Positions 39,723-50,878 of a DNA stretch of 56,508 bases are shown in pieces. Below the pieces are notes generated by a model. That model was not told the origin of the DNA and ran no database searches. It worked only from the letters and a program-made list of their open reading frames with translations. Position 1 is the first letter of the stretch; every line of letters starts with the position of its first letter. The position numbers and the translations under genes are program-made. This DNA comes from Sphaeroforma arctica JP610. Lineage: Eukaryota. The stretch is from positions 1 to 56,508 of the forward strand of contig NW_014040216.1 in NCBI RefSeq assembly GCF_001186125.1. The letters run 5' to 3'.

Positions 39723-40395
39723 TGTAAAATAGAGCTGTGTCTCTGTAGATTGACTTACCGTGGTAAGAATATTGTTAAAAATGTAGAGTTTGAGAGTAGC
39801 TTGCAAGATACGATCAGAAGAAACATTAGACCTCTTCTCAAGTGCGAATCCTACAGCCAGCTAAAAGTCCTAGGCTGAGGGACTCGCATTGAGTCTTTAT
39901 TTGTGTTTGTTGTTTTCTACACTAGAATCAATTATTACTTAAGTGTTGCTCTCACACGCGGGAGTCCCGGTATCATCTACCGGTATGCCCGCTATATTTC
40001 TGATCAATCTATCATCAGAAATATTGGATCCTTGATCCAAAACTCAGTATTTGATGATCCTGGGTTTTGGGTTTAGGATTGGCTTTTGTGGTAATCTGGC
40101 CCCTGGACACAACAAACGGTCAAATGCCTAATAATATATAAAAAGAATTGGATTAGCTGGCTGATACAATACTTCTTAATCAACTAAGGTTTATTAAGTT
40201 ACTTTCTGCAGACGATACTTCAAGGTAGAAGTATTGTACTGCCGATACTAAAACTACGATGTTCCATCTAGCAGATTCGGCGGCCGTTTTCAGATGGCTC
40301 ACACATGTTGACCATCCGTCGATTTCTGGACTATGGGCAGGGCCGTGCACATGCACCTGGACAAGAGGGCTGGTTCTGACCACCCTAATATTACA
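39723..40395. mobile_element. Tentative LTR (TGTAAAATAG...CTAATATTACA)
   Basis: TG..CA ends with a short inverted repeat like the other LTRs here; no TSD or second copy seen. Confidence 0.35.
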
Positions 40396-40531
40396 GTTCC
40401 GGGGAGACTCGTGATTGTAACGCATGGTGGCCCGAAAATTTGGAAAGGCGGCGGAGAACCGGCGGCCCCGATTTTTATTCCGAAATTACTCGGACGCGAA
40501 AACCAAAATTTTCAGGGAAACAAAGTCGTAA

Positions 40532-41026
40532 TCATAGTCTCAGAAAAATAGAAGGGTCAGAACCGCACTCATGTGGTAGGAAGCGATCCAGTAGCAACGT
40601 CGAGTTGTGCTTGAGCTCCCAAGTCTGTAGGAGCTCATCGCGGTAGCTAACATCCGCGGGCGTCACCGATGGATACGTAACTTCAGCCGCGTGTTCCTGG
40701 AAGAACATCTCATCAGCGGGCGTAAAATCGCTGGATCGTGGGCGTTTGTGCTTTGTACACAGCCGCGTCCACTTGACACAGGCCTCATTAAAACCATACT
40801 TGAAACGGATGGCAGCCGCATAAGTGCAGAAAGCAAAGGTCAACGCTTGGCGTTGGTCGTCGGATATCGAAGGGACGTAGATTGAATCGTGCAACAAGAA
40901 ATACGCATAAATCGAACTAGCCGTTGTGCCCCGAGAAACCATCTCATCGCGTTCGACTGGAGGTATATACGCCTTGATATTTTTGACGTGTATGCGGTTA
41001 TCCTTATTAATTGCCATATATTTACA
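40532..41026 (-). mobile_element. 3' end of a gypsy-like pol (integrase tail plus unknown extension), truncated by the adjacent LTR
   Basis: RIHVKNIKAY resembles the integrase C-terminal HV..LK.Y motif; 161-codon open frame abutting the LTR at 41027. Confidence 0.45.
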
Positions 41027-41797
41027 TGTAAGATTTGGTCTATCAAGGCGTTATTAACGTCTTAGAGTAATTAAACGCTTAGGTTAAATCTAAATATAGT
41101 GAAATTCGAAATAAATAAACGAAATGAGTCTTTAGTAAAGCTAGGTATGCCTCGTGAAAACAGCAATACTCTGAGGGATTGTGAGGCTGAGACATTGCCT
41201 ATATATAATCCTCTCAGTACTGTTTTCGCCGAAGGGATTTTATTTAGTGTTTCGTTGTCGCTCTATTAGAAACTATGGTATGTTTCGTTGGGGCGAATCC
41301 GAGAGACTCATAAAATCCTATCTTTAGAAGAAGAAAAAATAGTAAAAAGAAAAAGAAAATACTCTTGATGTCTTTTGTTATTATCTTAACCAATAACTTT
41401 CCACTTATCAAGAATTACCCACTTGCCATCATCAGACTGGCACATCTGGTTGGCTCATCGGAGGAACAACTAGGTATCGTTAATAGTCCCTAGAAGTCTA
41501 TATTCGGTTGAGCCATCTCGCTACCGAAGTATTCAGATATAAATAAAGTTGGAAAGTAAATATAGTTCTATTAATAGAACCAGACCAACTCTTATGTTTG
41601 GTATTTTACTGGGGCCTTTTAATGGCCTCGTCCAAATATCTGATATATAGAATGGAAACGGTATTAATTAATAAAACCTTTAAAAACCATTTAGGAAACT
41701 TAAGTTCCTTGTACTATTAAGGGTATATTTTTAGTATACGTACTGCTTAAGAGTACGTTTATAACATTGAGTCTAATGTGGAGGCCCTGCTATTACA
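41027..41797 (-). mobile_element. LTR (family A, copy 1), no TSD
   Basis: TGTAAGA...GCTATTACA; direct repeat of 45646..46455. Distantly similar to the reverse complement of 43276..44218, hence the minus orientation. Confidence 0.85.
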
Positions 41798-44218
41798 AGG
41801 GGTATCACGAATGTATCAACTGCGAAGTTAACCGGATCAAGCGCTACGGATACGCACCTTTACGCAGCGTATCAGAAGACGAGCCGTGGCTCCGGGTTAC
41901 CATTGATTTGGTTGAGCTACCCACGTCCGAACACACGAAGGATAAATATGTCTGTCACGTGTTTGATGTCGCATCAAGATATAACGTATTGTATCCGCTG
42001 AAAGATAAATCGACACAAGCTGTGGCTGAGTGCATGTATAAGTGCTTCGCAGATTTCGGCTGGCCAGCTATTGTATGTTTAGTGAGTTTACAGGTGATGT
42101 CATGACGACACTGTTACTCGTTGCGGGATCATGCCATAAGATGGGTGTACCTTACAAGCCTCAGACACAAGGTGCGAACGAAGTACAACACAGAAAAATG
42201 AAGGAGTTCTTGCGAGCAGCACTACTTGATGATGCTGACATGTGGCCATACTCAATCAATTGGATACAGACACAGATGAACGAATCCCCTGATTCAGTCA
42301 CTGGTACAACACCCGCTCACTATTTCCGGGGCTGTTATAGTGAATTACAGATCCCCTTCAACAAGGAGTCTCAAGATGATCATGTGTTACCATGGTCAGA
42401 GAAGATGCGTCGGACCAGAGATGTGGTCTATCCTTGTTTAAGGGAGATGAAGGACATCGCTCTCAAGAGGAGACAAAAGCGATGGAATGATACCAAGAAA
42501 GTAGTCGAGTTTGAAGTAGGCGATATAATCAACATTATGGCTCGCAACTCCGATACAACTGGGCTTACGGCTAAATATATTGGACCATTTATGATCTCTG
42601 TGGCCGATAAGAAGAACGGAACGTATGAAGTTAACAACGTTGACGGCTCTAGTGCCTTAAATTTCGGGTCACATCGAATCCCTACGACAGAGATCATCCT
42701 TCGTCACACACGTGAAGCTACTACACCTCTTATGTCTTACGAGTTCAAGAAGATTCTAGGGAAGTACAAACATGAGGATATGACATATTACACTACGGAG
42801 TTCGCCGATGGAGCACAGTATAATCTTCCACCATCAGCATTTGATGATCCAGATGTACTGAAGGCTTTTAATAAGAAGTTTCGCAAACGCTTACACAAAA
42901 ATAAGGCTGATGCAGAAGCAATATTACTATCAAATAAGCGACCTGAAGTGGTTAAGATCCATCCACAGACATCATATATTCCCAGCTTTAAACAGCATGG
43001 AATGTACGTACCTCCCAAAGGCATTAAGAAACATCCCATTCACCATCGGGGACCACAAGGACCAAAGCCCAAACGTAATAGAGTAACCGAGTAACTTATA
43101 AAACGTCAAAGTATACTTTGTCTAAGAGAATATAACATAAGCATTGAGGCCGTTATATGATCGAAACCAGTTTCTTTTCTTTTCGCTTATACAATTCATG
43201 TGAGCTTTTTGAGTCTATGTGCTAATACCACATATAAGCCAACATTGGGATTTTCAAGCTGAGGGAGGGGGGCTATGTAAAAATAGCGGGTTCCTAATAG
43301 TAGTTGTACAATTAACGTATATTATTAACGTATTAGCGTATTAACGTTTTTACTTATAATACTGGAATACGTTTAACGAATTGGACATGAACAAGAATTG
43401 AGATATTAAAGATTCTGAACATGTGATAGTACTCAGTAGAGTATGGGACTCTACTGTGGACAATTAGGTGGTGTTCCAAATACAGATTGGTTTTTTTCCA
43501 CTGGAATTAGAATTGTACATAATATGGGAACGACACCAATCTGACACCTGAAAATAACACTTTGGGAATATATAATTAATGAGAGTACCATGAGAGAGGG
43601 TCTCAGGCATGAAATGGTTGTTGGTACAAACCTATGGTATAATTCGATAATAATCTCAGAGCAAGATAATCCACTGAGAAATGGACAGGATCAGAGTTGT
43701 CAGAATTTAGGACAACATGGTTTTGATTCCTCCTAGCCAGCCAACTAGATGTGCCCGTCTATGCCTTAAATGGGATGAAGAGCTAGGTACCAAGTGATGG
43801 GGTTTAGGTGCAGATGTATACTGCTCCGACTTGGTGTTTTGATTTGATTTTTGATTTTCTTAAGGTGGACTTAGAGATATTATATTGGTTAGTTTGACTA
43901 GGTAATTGTTTCGAGGCGTGAAATGTAAACTATGCGTCCAATGAAATGATATTTAGTCTTAGGGATAATATTATTTATTTCAAAAATGGCAAGTATGTAG
44001 TAACTAAAACATAAATAAATCTAGGCCGAAGTAGTGAGTGATTAGAGCGGAGCATATAGACAATAGTCTCAGTCTAAAATCCCCTAATCTTTTGCTCACT
44101 ACCAAGGGCTGAAGCTAAACTTATTTAACATTTTGCATTTTAACGTATTAACGTATTGTCTTATTAACGTAAACGTACTAATATCGTATAGTCAACCTAA
44201 AGGAGACCGACTTTTACA
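41798..44218 (+). mobile_element. Ty3/gypsy 3' part: integrase with chromodomain-like tail (to 43094), polypurine tract (~43261..43272) and 3' LTR (43276..44218)
   Basis: CINC...PWLRVTIDLVELP, DVASRY, FADFGWP, PYKPQTQGANE, KYIGPF, YEFKKIL; one frameshift near 42080. gagggagggggg is followed by TGTAAAAATAG...TTTTACA. Confidence 0.9.
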
Positions 44219-45480
44219 CCAGGGTCAGGTGGCCTTTGCGAACCCCTTCCACAACAAGTGGGACCAGTCCCTACTTGGGGAAAAGTCACCAGGGTCAGGT
44301 GGCCATTGCGAACCCTTTCCACACCCCGGAGACAACGCTAGGCCTCATTCTGGAACAGCTCGATCGACGCATACAGCGAGTGGTCATCATCGTTTCAATA
44401 TGGACCAAAGTTCTCTGGTGGTCTCTCATCGAACGGAACAGCCAGGACATGGAAATTCTGGAGGCTGGTGCCGTCCACTTCCCCGCACCGGTCGTCAAGA
44501 AACTAGGCATGGCGGTACATCCAACAAGACTCTATGTCGTAGTTCTTCACAGTCCCTTCAACAACGACTAAGCGCCAGGACCCCTTCATCTCGTATATGG
44601 GAGCTCCTTCATAATGGAGGAATTGCCTCCGGTACACAGCGCAACTACGCCTTTGCGCTGACTCACTGGCGAGCCTTTGCAGCCGCCAATAGCATCACCA
44701 CTATGGTACCCACACCCGACCTGCTTAGAGCTTTTCTGTTCTACTGCTACCGTCAGGGGGTGTCCCTCGATCAGGTGAAGAAGATCCGTTCGGCAGCTAG
44801 TAATTATTATCGTTCCGACGGCCTTACCGAGATTCCTCCGTCGGCCTGGCGCCACGCTATCCAAGGTTTGTGAGACTTTGGAATGAGCGCTACGGTACAC
44901 GCGATCCGGATCAGCCCAAGATCATCGCCCCTTGGATCCTCCAGCTCCTTCAAGCAGAGGATGTCGATGCACGTTGGCGCCACTTCTGGTCACCTACTGG
45001 CTAATCGGAGCACGTCGGGCAGCCAACAAGACTCTTGGTCCAAACTCTTTCATCTTTGAGCCCGTCAATCGCGTTCGGATTGTGAACCTCTACAAATCCA
45101 AAGTCATCGCCCGTCCTGTCGACCAGCTGACTTTCGACTTCTTTTACGCACACTTACTTGATGTAGTGGACACCCGTAGTGTCCCACTAAGCCCGGCCAT
45201 GGTTCTCAATACCATGAACGACTCTGAGAGCATCACACTAGTGCGTAGAGAGTTTGTGCGTGCAGGATTGGCACGCACAGTCACAGATTAATACATCCAA
45301 TGGCATGCCTTCCGCCGAGAGCTGGCCCAGAGTTTGTTCAGTCTGCGTATACCGGTCGACATCATCAGCTCTATCATGAGCATCGAGCAGGCTTCACTCA
45401 CGCCATATCGCTCAGTAACGACTCCTAATGATGCCGACCGTCGTTTTAATTTACGTTTGAAAGGAAAACCTTCGGTGTAA
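44219..45480 (+). mobile_element. DIRS-like (tyrosine recombinase) retrotransposon remnant: MT-like C-terminal half overlapping a disrupted tyrosine recombinase
   Basis: MT: VAIANPFH...LILEQLDRRIQRVVIIVSIWTKVLWWSLI. YR: SAM-like GTQRNYAFALTHWRAF...LLRAFLFYCYRQGVSLDQVKKIRSAAS; catalytic LIGARR, YKSK, WHAFRR, SLTPY. Stops at 44871 and 45289, plus a frameshift. Confidence 0.85.
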
Positions 45481-45645
45481 ACGGCGTGAACTTACAGTAG
45501 TGATAAAAACAAATATTATTATAGAAGGATACTCCTTCCAATAGTATTGTGGGACTGGAAGTAGTTCAGAGCAACAGTATAAAATATTTCGCGTTGTGGC
45601 GTCATAACTACTGTTATGACGCCACAGCACTAAATTTTATGCTGT

Positions 45646-46455
45646 TGTAAGATTCGGTCTAATAAAGGCGATACTAATGCCTTAGAATAAATAAGCGCGT
45701 AGGTATATTCTATATATCGTGTAAATATCGATATAAATAAACGAAATGAGCTTAATAAAGTTAGGTTTGCCTCGTGAAAACAGCAATACTCTGAGGGATT
45801 GTGAGGCTGAGACATTGCCTGTATATAATCCTCTCAGTACTATTTCCACCGAAGGGATTTTATTTAGTGTTTCGCTGTCGCTCTATTCTGAGGCGAGTCC
45901 GATAGACTCATAAAATCCTATCTTCAAAATAAATAAATAAATAAAAATACTCTTGACGTCTTTAGTTATTGTCTTAACCAATAACTTGCCACTATCAAGA
46001 ATTACCGACTTAGCCTTCATCAGACTGGCATATCTGGTTGGCTTATCAGAGGATCAACTAGGTATCGTTAATAGTCCTTAAAAACCTATATTCGGTTGAG
46101 CCATCTCGCTACCGAAGTATTCAGATATAAATAAAATTGGAAAGTAAATAAAGCTCTATTAATAGAACTAGACCAACTCTTTTATGTTTGGTATTTTACT
46201 GAGGCCTTTTAATGGCCTCATCCAAATATCTGATATGTTAAATGGAAGAGGTTTAATTAATAAAACCATTAAAAACCATTTTAGGAAACTTAAGTTCCTC
46301 GTGCTATAAAGAGCACATTTGGGAGACTTAAGTTCCTCGTACTATTAAGAGTACGTTTATAATTTGCGTATTGCTTAAGAGTACGTTTATAATCTGCGTA
46401 CTGCTTAATAGTACGCTTATACATAGAGTCTAATGTAGAGGCCCGGCTTATTACA
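45646..46455 (-). mobile_element. Solo LTR (family A, copy 2) with 4-bp TSD CTGT
   Basis: ctgt|TGTAAGATTC...CTTATTACA|ctgt; highly similar to 41027..41797. Confidence 0.92.
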
Positions 46456-47049
46456 CTGTGTCACTTTCCTACTCCAGTCCTTGAATATACACAACTTTTC
46501 AATTTGTTGTGTATATTTAAGGACGAGGATAGTGTTCACTATCCCTCATCCTGTATTTCTTATTACTCCTACCCGTAACCACCCTTTTCATCCTGCATTT
46601 CATTTTTCAGCGCTATTTTAACCCAGGTTGCAGTTTTACATATGCATTCCCTTTCTGGAATCGTGCATCTACACAAGGAACGGTCTCTACATATTTACAA
46701 GTTTCTTTGTGCCCCCCGTACTCAAATCCGCGAACGAACAGAGTCAAGGCATAAGGGTTCTTGATCCATACCAAATTGTTCTAGATTGGTAGGATAGCTC
46801 TGATATAAATTTATCCATCTTGACGAGAAATCTCAACACTACGCCAGAATCTTCCAGTTTAGAACACATATACACTTATTAGATAGGAGAGCTTAATAAT
46901 ATAACTATGTGCTATGTACACGATCACTGACGCACGACGAAATGTAGATCACTAATTGGTTTATTTTATGTCCAGCGGGGATAGATGATCCAAAATATCG
47001 AAGGTCACAGATGTTTCACGATCAGTTCGTAACAAGATACATCTGGGTT

Positions 47050-47350
47050 GAGACGTGATTGTAATTTATATCAAAATTTTTCATATGTAGTATAGTAGTG
47101 GAATATATATATATAAGTGGGAACTGTAGGTTGCACTCATGTGGTGGCGGGTGTGGGGTTGAGATTCTTGACAGACTTGTCACTTGACTCTTGACTCCTG
47201 AGACGTGATTATAATACAGATTTATATTCATATGTGTAGTGTAGTGGGAAAAAACAAAACAAAACTACGTATGAGTAGGTGTGAAGTGTAGGTCGCACTA
47301 ATAGTGGTGGCGCGTGTAGGCGGCTAGAATCGTAGGTGGCGTGTGTAGGT
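47050..47350. repeat. Diverged ~150-bp tandem duplication
   Basis: gagacgtgatt...catatg...tgtaggt.gcact...gtggtggcg occurs at ~47050 and ~47200. Confidence 0.7.
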
Positions 47351-47842
47351 GGCTCTATTTATGGTGGTTCAAGATTTCTCTAGTTTGTCGTATTTTGTTT
47401 AAAAAAATAAAACACTCTACACCATTTTTTTAAAGTATTATTAAAACAGTCTAAATAGGACAATAGTAAGTATATATATTTAAAAAAAAATACACTCTAT
47501 TTACAGACTACAGTCTTCAGTCTGCAGTCTGCACTCGACTTTGTCTAAACGACACCCGTCACTATAAAATTAATAAAATGTATATGAACCGAGTAAAATT
47601 ATTTTGAATTTATGTTCTAAAAAAAGAAAATGCGGTTAATGAAATCACAGAACAGGACAAAAATTCCTTGGACTTGAAAATTACAACTGAACGGGTTTTA
47701 GGGTTTTAACTGGCGAAATTTTAGGGACCAGCACGTTGTTTTTATTACTGATCGATTTAAATGATAACAGAATCTAACATTTGCGTCTTTAAAACACAAA
47801 CACGGTTGTATTTGTAAAAATATATCCGCTTTAACTTGCACG

Positions 47843-50175
47843 ATGGGTGTCACCGGATTACTACCTGACGTGACTATTAACGGATTAAGTATAATACAGC
47901 AAAAAGCAAAGAGAAAGAGCATTGAAGTGCTCACTAGGTTCACAATAAATAAAAAGTGTCTAGTGGATGCTTCTGCACTAGTTCATCTTGCGATAGACCA
48001 TTGCACACATCACAATTATATGAATGTATTGGAATTGGCAAGATGTATACATGTTCACAAAAATGGTGGTGCTACTGACGCTGTGGAGAAGCAAATAGAA
48101 AGTACCTTCCGCTTGTTTGGAGAGACTTGTAGAAGTCTCTCGTGAGAGCCGAATTTTGTCTTCAATGGCAATATTCCTCCTGCGAAGCAGAATGAGCATG
48201 CATAGCGTATGAAGGATGCTGCCTCTGCATTTATAAAGTGGCAAGCTCTCGACGAGAACGGAGAAGGCGCGAGCAAGGTCGGTGTGAAGTATTTAGCAGC
48301 GGCAGCCACGAGTACGTGGGATCACACGCGTACAGAAAATGACTGTTGGTTGACTATGAGCTGCCCTTACGTTGTTACTTCATATGAGGCAGATTCACAG
48401 CTGGCTTACTTATGCAGGAAACAGCCGAGCTGCTCCATTGTTGCGATGAGCGATAACGATCTCTTACTTTATGAAGGGGTAAGTGTTTGCTTTGATTTCA
48501 CGAAAGAAGCGGCTAGAAAAACACCAACAACATTTGCAGTGGGAATAGTTGCACAACAACATGTGCACGCATATTTTAGTGACGTGGGTTTAAATTATGC
48601 ATCTTTTATGGCTTGATGCATTGTAAGAGGCTGTGACTACACCAGACATTTACACGTAAAAGGTGCACCACTTAGTGGATTTTGCATTCAAGCGTTTACT
48701 GATGCAATTACAGACGACGATCATCATGGGCCTCTAGCACTTTACACTTCCGTACAACGATTGATAGAACATGGATTAACCATGGTCAAGAACCCACTCG
48801 TGTATAACAAATGCAAGTCTGCATTTACATCGGCTGTACTTGCATACTTTCACAGTTGGGTATTTGATAGTGAAGAAACGAAATGCATTGCTCTAACAGG
48901 TGATAATAGCGTAGCCGAAGACAATGTCGAATATCTGGGTAAGAGAATAGATAAAACGATAGTTGTGACTGCATATGCTCGCGGTGAATACAATCCTTTC
49001 GTGGGTGAAAGCTGTGCAATAGAAGCAAAGGGTGTATGACCACGACCTGCTATATTTCAGCATATATAGACAGTAATCAGTCGAAAAGAATGGAGCAAGC
49101 TACCACATATTTCTCCTGATAGTATGCTCGAATTTTTGGTCGAGCTGCGTATTTGAAGGGAAGAAATCGTAACGCATCACACATATCAACAGCAAACACA
49201 CAAAACGAGCCTTCTGTCGTAGCTGTAGCACTTTGGAACTCTACATACAAATGTATGACTATTTCAGTGTGTGCAAATTTTGATGATGAGCACTCAGAGG
49301 TGTTTATACATGCACGTGTACCGAGATCACAACGTCCTTCTACAAAAGAAGCTTTTGCCAGGCTAGGGTTTAAGAAAACTGAATGATTATGACATAATTG
49401 CTGGCCTTTGTGAATGTCCACTCGGTCTAGGCGAAAAGTGTATGCGTGTCGCGTCATTAGTGTGGTGTTCTGTACAGCAATCAGCTCTCGGTAAAACAGA
49501 CAAGAAAACAGTAGGCGAGCAAAGTCGAGAAAGCTCTACACTGCGTACAAGGGTATGTAAACTTCGATGGATATTTCTATGTTTCAAACTATGTTATATA
49601 AACTAAGATACAATTTAAGTCAGTTTGGGTTCTTACACAAGCTACCACTGCTAAATCCTAACTGACTTAAATAGTATCTTAGTTTATATAACATAGTTTG
49701 AAACATAGAAATATCCATCGAAGTTTACACGTATCATGTGAATGGATACAGCCACATTTTCCAACTGGAATTCTAAAAATTGATGTCAAAAAGACCCATA
49801 CATTTAACAATCATCGAGGATCCTAAAACAATTGGTGAACAACAGGACAAAATTGTAGGCGGTACTAAAAGCACTCAACGAAATAGGGTACCGCTGCATA
49901 ATAGAACGAACAACACTAACATCATTCTGGCTGAGTTGTACAGGAACGAAGATCCTACAGAGCCTAAAAAGGGGGTATTAGCACAAGATGATAACTTAGA
50001 CGCAAATCTCAGCGAGAAGGAGAACATATCGCCCGTGCCAAAACGAAAACAGCGGTCAGGGTTGCGTATGTATGTATCAGATCGACCAGTCATGCAAGAG
50101 TTGAATAAAATAATGAGTGAGAAATCGGAGTGGCATGGCGATAAGCTCTCATTATGGGCAGAGAGGAAGATATAA
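47843..50175 (+). pseudogene. EXO1/XPG-family 5' nuclease fused to a SWIM-type zinc finger (transposon accessory gene)
   Basis: MGVTGLL, CLVDASALVH, FVFNGNIPPAK, SYEADSQLAYL, SDNDLL, RGCDY, YFHSWVFD, YLG...ARGEYNP. Downstream IHARVPRSQR and CECPLGLGEKCMRVASL (SWIM-like, H>R). In-frame stops at 48143, 48203, 48614 and 49037; no introns seen. Confidence 0.85.
49556..49729. mobile_element. 174-bp palindromic mini-element (70-bp arms, 1 mismatch) with TGT...ACA ends
   Basis: tgtaaacttcgatggatatttc...aagtcagtt / aactgactt...gaaatatccatcgaagtttaca; flanks ggta / cgta. Confidence 0.9.
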
Positions 50176-50303
50176 CACTTAGCTTTGTATGACGATATAA
50201 TGGAGGGATATGGGATACGTTTCTCGGGCAGTTCAGACAACGATATATGATTAGAGTTTTAAAGCATTAATAAACATCGCATTTATTTCAATAAAAAAAC
50301 TAA

Positions 50304-50832
50304 CTAATGTACATTGATAGAGATGATATCTGTCAGGGAAAAGCAGACTTCGGCTGCTTTGGTAAAAAAGTGATCTACGAGACGAATTTCTTGAGCCAAC
50401 ATTCTAAACAATTTGGCACGTGCGTTCACACGTTCAATGTATATTTTGCTAGAGGCTATCTTCTTTGTTTTTTCATTATCATCGATTAAAAACTGCGTGT
50501 CTTTCTTAAGCATTGGTGGCATGTTATATCTGCAGTTGTGCGGTAACAGATCTCTGATATGGAAACTCTTGTCTCCCATTGCCGACAACCCGGGTCACAT
50601 CTTGCATACAGGTCACTAATTCTTCCAGGGTAAAGGGGCAAAACATATACGCCGTGACCCGCTGCCGACATACCCACAAGGACTTTGTCCGTATTGTGGT
50701 GCTTGTACTGTCTCCAGGTTGACCGCTGGAAGTCGAGTTTGGCCGGTGTTTTTATGAAGAAGTCTAAAAAAAAGTAGAACAAAAGATGTATTTTTAAATA
50801 AACGATATTTAAGTAATTATATATAGCCATAT

Positions 50833-50878
<46 letters not shown>

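Noticed and set aside
41027..46455. One intact LTR element bounded by the two family-A LTRs and carrying both integrase and tyrosine recombinase
   Set aside because: The right LTR has its own TSD (solo LTR), and the gypsy part has its own PPT and LTR ending at 44218. Nesting explains the layout.
43276..46455. A 3.2-kb element with long inverted arms around MT-YR
   Set aside because: The arms are two separate, related LTRs in opposite orientation, each with its own TG..CA ends.
47843..49039. Functional host EXO1 gene, or stop-codon reassignment
   Set aside because: Mixed TGA/TAG stops, frameshifts downstream, no introns, and location within TIRs; host genes here use the standard code.
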